From NCBI GenBank assembly GCA_036845085.1, contig DAIUEN010000026.1:1-8106 (forward strand): a stretch of DNA of 8,106 bases, read 5' to 3'. This document shows positions 1-5,345 of the stretch, piece after piece; position 1 is the first letter of the stretch; each line of letters starts with the position of its first letter. The stretch comes from Candidatus Nanopusillus sp. GTDB lineage: Archaea; Nanobdellota; Nanobdellia; Nanobdellales; Nanobdellaceae. Below the pieces are notes generated by a model. The model was not told where the DNA came from and searched no databases. It saw only the letters and a program-made list of their open reading frames with translations. The position numbers and the translations under genes were made by a program.

Positions 1-647
1 CCGGCATACCCCGTACTTCCCCCACCCCCTAGGTAGGTAGTAACTCCCGCGCGCCCACGGGTTGAGCCCGTGGATTTCACGGGAGTCACACCTACCCGGC
101 TACGGCCCCTTTAGGCCCAATAAACGAGGCCACCGCTCGCGGCGGGGGTATTCCCGTGGCGACTGCCACCCCTCTTGCCCACCGCTTATTCTGGGAGCTT
201 TTTACACTCCCAAAAAGCCCTGGGAAATCCCAGGGCACTCCCCGTCCCCCCGTCAGGCGAAAACCCATTGCGGAGGTTTCGCCCCTGGTGCATCCCGTAG
301 GACCTCGGCCCTTGTCTCAGTGCCGATCTGGGGGCTCCTGCTCTCACAGCCCCTACCCGTCTTCGGCTTGGCGGGCCGTTACCCCGCCAACTACCTGATA
401 GGCCGCCGGCCCACCCTCTAGCGGAGCTAGGAAGGAATATCCTAGCTCCCTTTCGGAGAAGGGGGAATTCCACCACCCTTCTCCTATAGGGGATTATCCC
501 CAGTTTCCCGGGGTTATCCCCTTCTAGAGGGTTGGTTGCCGACGTGTTACTCAGCCGTACGGCGGGGTACCTTACCCGGTACCCCACAGCCTTCCATGGG
601 TTAGCCGGACGGGGATAGCGGTGGCCCCCCGCAGGATCAACGGGAAT
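1..647 (-). rRNA. rrs: 16S (SSU) rRNA, 5' portion of about 647 nt. The gene continues beyond the window start.
   Basis: The reverse complement of 631-647 reads ATTCCCGTTGATCCTGC, matching the archaeal 16S 5' end ATTCCGGTTGATCCTGC. RC of 284-340 reads ...CTGAGACAAGGGCCGAGGTCCTACGGGATGCACCAGG (340 region). RC of 148-169 reads GTGGCAGTCGCCACGGGAATAC (515-536 region). RC of 100-130 reads TTATTGGGCCTAAAGGGGCCGTAGCCGGGT (560-590 region). The segment is G+C-rich inside an A+T-rich genome. The 5' boundary is accurate to about 5 nt. Confidence 0.93.
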
Positions 648-795
648 TCGGTGGTTTTACCACCGTGGGCCTTAAACCCAAGAAGTACGGCCGCTATCTC
701 CGGCATATTATCCCCATTTTGGATTAGCTCCACATTTGTAGCTGTATAGGGACAACCCATCTCACCGATCGATGGGTCGACACCCATACAGCTAT
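648..795 (-). other. Putative 5' external transcribed leader of pre-16S rRNA (G+C-rich, structured)
   Basis: The G+C-rich composition continues ~150 nt past the mature 16S 5' end and stops abruptly near 795, just downstream of minus-strand TATA-like boxes. It contains a perfect hairpin at 649-654/660-665 (cggtgg-tttta-ccaccg) that abuts the 16S 5' end, plus a compound hairpin at 740-793. Confidence 0.55.
740..793 (-). other. Compound G+C-rich hairpin at the predicted 5' end of the pre-16S transcript
   Basis: The outer stem is 740-747/786-793 (agctgtat/atacagct, 8 bp). Then come bulge A748, 749-751/783-785 (ggg/ccc), and an internal loop. The inner stem is 755-761/771-777 (acccatc/gatgggt, 7 bp) with a 9-nt loop at 762-770. 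An alternative pairing is 772-777/782-787 (atgggt/acccat). Confidence 0.5.
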
Positions 796-810
796 GAATA
801 TGATTGTATC

Positions 811-826
811 TATTTATACTTATAAA
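811..826 (-). promoter_or_regulatory. Candidate TATA box(es) for 16S rRNA transcription
   Basis: The minus strand reads TATAAATA (RC of 811-818) and TTTATAAG (RC of 819-826). A transcription start ~25-27 nt downstream of either would fall at ~788-796, at the base of the 740-793 hairpin. TATA-like octamers are common by chance in sequence this A+T-rich. Confidence 0.35.
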
Positions 827-837
827 TCTTATTATAA

Positions 838-954
838 CTATATAGCCCTCAATCTGGCTAATTTTCTTAACCTTTTTAATTCTTTCATTTTCTTTCTTTG
901 CCATTTCCATCTCGACTGTCTATATTTCTTCCATCTCCTAGAGCTTCTTTTCAT
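838..954 (-). CDS. rpl41e: Ribosomal protein eL41 (L41e), 38 aa. It is not in the supplied ORF track.
   Basis: A minus-strand ATG (954-952) opens a frame ending at TAG (840-838). It translates to MKRSSRRWKKYRQSRWKWQRKKMKELKRLRKLARLRAI, in which 19 of 38 residues are K/R. The core RWKWQRKKMKELKRLRK resembles eukaryotic eL41 ([25 protein letters not shown]). The coding strand is purine-rich, as in the other genes here. A TATA-like box lies ~26 nt upstream. Confidence 0.75.
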   Translation of the reverse strand: MKRSSRRWKKYRQSRWKWQRKKMKELKRLRKLARLRAI

Positions 955-975
955 TAAGAATAAATATGATCATTA

Positions 976-983
976 TATTTAAA
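976..983 (-). promoter_or_regulatory. Candidate TATA box for rpl41e
   Basis: The minus strand reads TTTAAATA (RC of tatttaaa). Its centre is ~25 nt upstream of the ATG at 954. It sits in the 37-nt spacer after the stop codon (994-996) of the upstream gene. Confidence 0.35.
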
Positions 984-993
984 AGTATTTAAT

Positions 994-1965
994 TTACTTG
1001 AGGGAATAAAAATTGTTTATAAATCCTAATATTATACCTAAGATTATTAAAATTATACCCATAAACTTTGGTATCCTATTTCTATAAAATAGTATAGAAA
1101 AAGTAAGAGTTGAAATATATAAAACAAAAAACGAGCTTATTATTGGAATTCTATCTTCTTCTAAGAATCTTACTGGACTAATCATAGCTAAAACTCCAGA
1201 AAAAATAGTAAATATAGCTAAAGCTTCTCCTATTAAAGATGCTATAATATTATTTATATCTTTTTCTACTTTCCAACTAACAATCCCATATATAATGTTT
1301 GGAATTGTAAAAACTAGTAAAGATATTAGATAACCTACAAAGAATGTTTTATATCCTATAGACAACAATATTTCTGCGACATTATTCAATAATTTTCCGC
1401 TATATATTAATAATACCATTACAATTAAAATCTGTAATATTATTATTCCAGATCTTACAATAAAATTTTTATTTATTTTAAAATCTCTTTTTTTATTTGG
1501 CTCTTTATATTTAATGTATATATAAATAGATAATAGTAAAAATACTAAGTATAAAATTGCTCCTGATAAAAAATTAAGATAATTAAACAATACTATATAT
1601 AAGTGTACTATGATTGTAGCTAATAATATATATATTAACCTTTTGTCTATAAACTTGCTGTCAAAATCAAATAATAATATAAATATTCCAAAAACAATAG
1701 AAAGATCCATAACTACATTATATAAATTAAGGTAATATGCCAATTTTACATTACCATCAAAAGCAATTGATAGTGATGGTAAAAATGCTTGAAGAGCTGT
1801 AGCGAAACCAATAGTATATATAAGTAGAACATGCATTTTTAGTCTATAGAATTTAGAATATTTGGATATATTTTTCAAAAGTATATCTTCAGATAGATAT
1901 AAAGCAAAAGAATATAATAACAAAGGTATTAGTACAGATATAATGATCTTCAGTATTAAGTCCAT
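994..1965 (-). CDS. Polytopic integral membrane protein (~10 predicted TM segments), no recognisable family
   Basis: ATG-initiated 323-aa ORF. It has about 10 hydrophobic stretches of ~20 aa (e.g. LILKIIISVLIPLLLYSFALYL and FMGIILIILGIILGFINNF) separated by short K/R/N/D-rich loops. I recognise no catalytic or transporter motif. Confidence 0.8.
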   Translation of the reverse strand: MDLILKIIISVLIPLLLYSFALYLSEDILLKNISKYSKFYRLKMHVLLIYTIGFATALQAFLPSLSIAFDGNVKLAYYLNLYNVVMDLSIVFGIFILLFDFDSKFIDKRLIYILLATIIVHLYIVLFNYLNFLSGAILYLVFLLLSIYIYIKYKEPNKKRDFKINKNFIVRSGIIILQILIVMVLLIYSGKLLNNVAEILLSIGYKTFFVGYLISLLVFTIPNIIYGIVSWKVEKDINNIIASLIGEALAIFTIFSGVLAMISPVRFLEEDRIPIISSFFVLYISTLTFSILFYRNRIPKFMGIILIILGIILGFINNFYSLK

Positions 1966-2003
1966 TTTCCATATTTAAATTCTAAAAGTTATAAAATATT
2001 TTT
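1966..2003. promoter_or_regulatory. 38-bp bidirectional promoter region with two opposed TATA-like boxes
   Basis: tatttaaa (1972-1979, + strand) is centred ~28 nt upstream of ATG 2004. The RC of gttataaaa (1988-1996, - strand: TTTTATAAC) is centred ~27 nt upstream of the minus-strand ATG at 1965. There is no Shine-Dalgarno-like purine tract before either start codon. Confidence 0.4.
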
Positions 2004-2525
2004 ATGGAAGATTGTCTATTTTGCAAAATAGCATCGAAGTCTATACCATCTTATATATTATATGAGGATAATGATATTATTGCGGTGTTAGATATATTTC
2101 CAGTAAATATAGGATCTACATTCATATTCCCGAAAGTTCATGCAACAGAATTTGAATATTTAAGTGATGAAATTATTTATAAAATGTTTTACGTTGCTAA
2201 ATATATTTCAATAATTTTGAAAGAAGTATTAAAATATGATCACATAAATTTGATAATAAATATTAGAGATTCTACTTTAGCTAAAACAGAACACACTTAT
2301 ATATATTTATTGCCTAGATTTAAAGACGATTCTGAAAATATAAAATTTTTTCTAAGAAAAAATAGAGTAGATTCACAGACATTAGAAGAAATGAAAAATA
2401 TAATAATTAAAAAATTGGGAGAATTTGCCGAAAGAAATCTTAAAAAAGAAAAAGAAAATAAAAATGAAAATCTATCTAAAAAAGATTTTGAATCAATGTA
2501 TAAGTGGTTTATAAAAAGAATATAA
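2004..2525 (+). CDS. HIT (histidine triad) superfamily protein with a degenerate triad (H-T-Y-I-Y) and a ~65-aa K/E-rich C-terminal tail
   Basis: The N-terminus MEDCLFCKI...SIPSYILYEDNDIIAVLDIFPVNIGSTFIFPKVH matches the HIT pattern C-x-F-C-K-I...P...vyED....afLDi.P...GH.LviPK.H. The motif region TEHTYIYLLPRFKDD aligns with the canonical H-x-H-x-H-x-x-P-R. Confidence 0.85.
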   Translation: MEDCLFCKIASKSIPSYILYEDNDIIAVLDIFPVNIGSTFIFPKVHATEFEYLSDEIIYKMFYVAKYISIILKEVLKYDHINLIINIRDSTLAKTEHTYIYLLPRFKDDSENIKFFLRKNRVDSQTLEEMKNIIIKKLGEFAERNLKKEKENKNENLSKKDFESMYKWFIKRI

Positions 2526-2547
2526 ACATAATACTATATATATTTTC

Positions 2548-4296
2548 ATGGTTGATTTAAAGGATGAAATATTAAATAGCGAATTTAAAGATAGGGTACT
2601 TACTATACTAGAGTATAAAGAAAAACAAAAAGATATAATAGATGGTCTAAAAGCATTGTTATCATATAGTGAAAACCATTTACTATTATTAAACGAAGAA
2701 CAGATAGAAAAACATGGAAAAGAATTACAGGATAAGAAAAATATAGTAGTTATATTATCAGATATAGATTTAAACGATGAAGAAAAAATAAAATTAAAAG
2801 TAAACTTCTATGAGAGATTTGTAAATATTATAAGAGATAATAAATTGCCAATATGGTTACACGTACTACTATTTTCAGACATTAAAAATATATCTCTAGA
2901 TTCCAAATTTAATCTAATAGAATTATTATCTGTTGGAAACGCTTTATATGATAAAGGACTAGCAGATATACTTAGATTAACAAATATACATAAAAGATTA
3001 GTATTGGATTATTTTGAAAATTATGTTGTTGCATATGTTTTAGCGGGTTCTCAAGTTAAAGGAAAAAGTTTAGAATCTTCAGATGTAGATGTGTTTGTGG
3101 TAATAGATGATACAGATGTAAGAAGGCATACTTTTGAGGAATTAAAACAAAAATTATATGCAATAATTCTCCAACAGGCAGCCCAGGCGAAAATATTATC
3201 TAAGTCTGAAAAAATATTACATCCCCAAGTATATACATTAACAGAGTTTTGGAAATCACTATCAGAATCCAATCCTGTGATAATAACATTCTTAAGAGAT
3301 GGTATTGCTTTGTATGATCGAGGCATGTTTATTGCATGGAAGCTAATGTTATTAAAAGGTATAATAAAACCGTCAAAAGAATCTGCAAATCAATTCTTTA
3401 ATTTTGCAGATTTATCAATAAAGAATTCTATAGAAAAAATGAATAAAACAATAACAGACATAATTATAGAAGATCTAGCTGTCGGAATGTTATCAGCTGC
3501 CCAAGCAGTTATAATGGATTATGGATTATTACCTCCAGATCCAAAAGAAACTCCAGAAGTTCTAAGAAACTTATTTGTATCTAAAAATATGCTAGAAGAT
3601 GATTATGTTAAAGATTTAGAGTATGTCTGGAGATTAAGAAAAGAATATGAACATGGTATTAGAAAAGAATTTAAATATGAAGAATATTTAGACGTTATAA
3701 AAAGAGCTGAAAAGTTTATTGATAGGATGAGAGAACTAAAGAGAATAATAGATAAAGAAAATGAAATAAAGGAGATAGAATCTCTAATTAACCAATATAT
3801 AAACATAAAAAATAAGTTATCTTTATTGTTTGAGACTAGCTTTGATAACTTATTAAATACAAAGTTAAGTAACATAAAAGACATAATATTATCTATAGAA
3901 AGTCGTATAAAAGATTATAAAAATATGCAAGATTTGCATTATTTAAAAAATGAGATAATAAATGCTAGAAATATGCTAGAGAATATATATATTGAAACTA
4001 TTAATAATTTAATAACAAAAACAATGTTTGCTTTATACGATAATAGGAACAAAAAAGAGTATCTTTTGAGTATAACAAAAGATAAGATATATTTAGTAGA
4101 TGGAAATAACGTATATATATATGATTATAATGGAAATAAGATTGGAGAAATGATAAAAAAGGATTATATAGAACAAATTTATAAAGAATTGTTATCCGAA
4201 AATATATCTGGTATAAATAATAAAGTAATAAACGTTTTAAATAGATTATTTGAGGATTATACAATATTAAAAACTTCTGGATCCAAGGCCCTCTAA
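2548..4296 (+). CDS. Multidomain protein: degenerate NTase-like repeat + minimal nucleotidyltransferase (Pol-beta fold) + HEPN-like helical domain + coiled coil + small beta-rich C-terminal domain
   Basis: Residues 166-188, AGSQVKGKSLESSDVDVFVVIDD, carry the hG[GS]-x(9-13)-D-x-D NTase signature. Residues 224-258, LHPQVYTLTEFWKSLSESNPVIITFLRDGIALYDRG, are typical of MNT/KNTase-type enzymes. Residues ~275-400 are helical and contain R364-KEYE-H369-G (an R-x4-H HEPN-type motif, nt 3637-3654). Residues 64-137 repeat the NTase layout without the G-S motif. Residues 400-490 are heptad-like, and residues 495-582 are rich in short beta-type segments. Confidence 0.8.
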   Translation: MVDLKDEILNSEFKDRVLTILEYKEKQKDIIDGLKALLSYSENHLLLLNEEQIEKHGKELQDKKNIVVILSDIDLNDEEKIKLKVNFYERFVNIIRDNKLPIWLHVLLFSDIKNISLDSKFNLIELLSVGNALYDKGLADILRLTNIHKRLVLDYFENYVVAYVLAGSQVKGKSLESSDVDVFVVIDDTDVRRHTFEELKQKLYAIILQQAAQAKILSKSEKILHPQVYTLTEFWKSLSESNPVIITFLRDGIALYDRGMFIAWKLMLLKGIIKPSKESANQFFNFADLSIKNSIEKMNKTITDIIIEDLAVGMLSAAQAVIMDYGLLPPDPKETPEVLRNLFVSKNMLEDDYVKDLEYVWRLRKEYEHGIRKEFKYEEYLDVIKRAEKFIDRMRELKRIIDKENEIKEIESLINQYINIKNKLSLLFETSFDNLLNTKLSNIKDIILSIESRIKDYKNMQDLHYLKNEIINARNMLENIYIETINNLITKTMFALYDNRNKKEYLLSITKDKIYLVDGNNVYIYDYNGNKIGEMIKKDYIEQIYKELLSENISGINNKVINVLNRLFEDYTILKTSGSKAL

Positions 4297-4298
4297 CT

Positions 4299-4306
4299 TT
4301 TATATA
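4299..4306 (+). promoter_or_regulatory. Candidate TATA box for rpl35ae
   Basis: tttatata is centred ~27 nt upstream of ATG 4330, in the 33-nt spacer after the stop codon of the upstream gene. There is no SD-like sequence. Confidence 0.35.
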
Positions 4307-4329
4307 TTTTTTCTAAAATTTTTTATTCT

Positions 4330-4677
4330 ATGATGAAGGGTATAATTGTAAATTACAGGATGAGTAGACATAATATAAAACATAACCAAGTTATAGTAAA
4401 ATTTGAAGGTATTGAAGAAAAGGGGCAAGCATCAAAACTGATAGGAAAAAAAGTTATATGGATTTCTCCAGGAAAAAAGATATTAATTGGAAAGATTGTA
4501 AGAACTCATGGTAATAAGGGGGTTGTAAGAGTTAGGTTTAATAGAGGAGTTCCTGGGCAAGCAATAGGACAAGTTGTAATACTGATTGAAGATATTAACC
4601 AAATAAAAGATATAAAAGAAAAATTAAAAAATGTTAAAGATATAAACCAACTAAACAAACTTATTTTATCTCTTTAA
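4330..4677 (+). CDS. rpl35ae: Ribosomal protein L35Ae (eL33) with a ~28-aa C-terminal extension
   Basis: Residues 1-87, MMKGIIVNYRMSRHNIKHNQVIVKFEGIEEKGQASKLIGKKVIWISPGKKILIGKIVRTHGNKGVVRVRFNRGVPGQAIGQVVILIE, match the archaeal L35Ae pattern (G.v..YrR......n..i.k.egv....eA..liGk.V.w.....k...GkIv..HG.kG.vrarF..glPgqa.G). Residues 88-115 are an added K/N/D/I-rich tail. Confidence 0.95.
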   Translation: MMKGIIVNYRMSRHNIKHNQVIVKFEGIEEKGQASKLIGKKVIWISPGKKILIGKIVRTHGNKGVVRVRFNRGVPGQAIGQVVILIEDINQIKDIKEKLKNVKDINQLNKLILSL

Positions 4678-5345
4678 TGTTTTCTTTTACCGGAACAGAA
4701 GCTTTATTATTTAAAAAGAAATTCTTAGTAATATCTGATCTACACATAGGTATAGAATATGAACTATATAAAAAAGGAATAAATATACCATCCCAAACAA
4801 ATTACTTAATAAAAAAAATAAAAAATATTAAAGAAAAAACAAATGCAGAATATTTGATAATTAATGGAGATTTGAAACATAACATACCAAAGACAAGTTA
4901 TGAAGAATTTAATGAAATACCTTATTTTATATTTGAAATAAGTAGTATATTCAAAAAAATATATATAATAAAGGGTAACCATGATGGAGATTTAGAAGAA
5001 TTGATCCCATTAGACATCAATAATGTAAAAATATTAAAATCTCTAAAAATTGGAAATGTTGTTTTTACACATGGAAACTATAAACCAAAACTAATTGGAA
5101 AATATTATGTAATAGGACATCATCATTTTGCTAAAAACATATTAACTTCAATAGGAGAAACAATATACGAAAAAGTATTTGTTGTTGGATATGGAGATGA
5201 AAATATTGTAATTATTTTACCAGCTTTTACAGATCTATCTGGATATTGGGATATAGGACAATTCCACGGACCCATCAGTAAGTTAATAAAAAAATATGAA
5301 GTTTATACATTAGATGGTATTTTAATTGAAAAAAATAATATATAA
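4677..5345 (+). CDS. Binuclear metallophosphoesterase of the COG1407 / PdeM (MPE) type
   Basis: The ordered calcineurin-like motifs are all present: SDLHIG (D21/H23), INGDLKH (D65), KGNHDG (N101/H102), FTHGN (H132) and IGHHHF (H148-150). The length and the N-terminal layout ('FLVISDLHIG.E') fit COG1407. The start ATG (4677-4679) overlaps the rpl35ae stop TAA (4675-4677) as TAATG. Confidence 0.85.
   Translation: MFSFTGTEALLFKKKFLVISDLHIGIEYELYKKGINIPSQTNYLIKKIKNIKEKTNAEYLIINGDLKHNIPKTSYEEFNEIPYFIFEISSIFKKIYIIKGNHDGDLEELIPLDINNVKILKSLKIGNVVFTHGNYKPKLIGKYYVIGHHHFAKNILTSIGETIYEKVFVVGYGDENIVIILPAFTDLSGYWDIGQFHGPISKLIKKYEVYTLDGILIEKNNI

Noticed and set aside
423-449. Perfect 9-bp hairpin with an A+T-rich loop inside 16S (ggagctagg-aaggaatat-cctagctcc), considered as an insertion or intron
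   Set aside because: Its position corresponds to a known variable helix of the 5' domain (around E. coli 200-220). Its size is within normal variation, and I see no bulge-helix-bulge boundaries.
62-587. Three ORFs of 80-133 aa in the ORF track (62-421 +, 156-398 +, 186-587 -)
   Set aside because: They lie entirely inside the 16S rRNA gene. G+C-rich RNA genes lack stop codons by chance. The translations are P/G/R/A-rich, unlike every real protein in this A+T-rich genome, and some begin at TTG.
614-698. 8-bp complementarity between the leader (691-698 ccgctatc) and the 16S 5' domain (614-621 gatagcgg), extendable with a bulge to ~12 bp
   Set aside because: It is too short to distinguish from chance in G+C-rich sequence. 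The normal pairing partner of the leader (the 16S 3' trailer) is outside the window, so I cannot evaluate it.
648-795. Possible tRNA, split-tRNA half or C/D-box sRNA in the G+C-rich island upstream of 16S
   Set aside because: On either strand I could not find an acceptor/T-arm arrangement, a GTTC(G/A)AATC-like T-loop, or RUGAUGA...CUGA box pairs. It remains a structured leader of unknown function (see findings) and needs a covariance-model scan.
572-910. 112-aa minus-strand ORF spanning the AT-rich spacer, the leader and the 16S 5' end
   Set aside because: It reads straight through the rRNA promoter and leader into mature 16S. Its AT-rich N-terminal part is an alternative frame of the much better supported eL41 gene.
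794-982. 62-aa plus-strand ORF (MNMIVSIYTYKSYYNY...)
   Set aside because: It is antisense to the eL41 ORF and the rRNA promoter. The F/L/Y/I/N low-complexity composition is what the pyrimidine-rich antisense strand of a K/R/E-rich gene yields.
3051-4264. Antisense ORFs inside the NTase/HEPN gene (3051-3326, 3603-3884, 4001-4264, all minus strand)
   Set aside because: They are fully nested antisense to a well-supported gene. The S/F/L/I/Y-rich low-complexity translations are typical of the mirror frame of K/E/N/I-rich coding sequence, and there is no promoter geometry.
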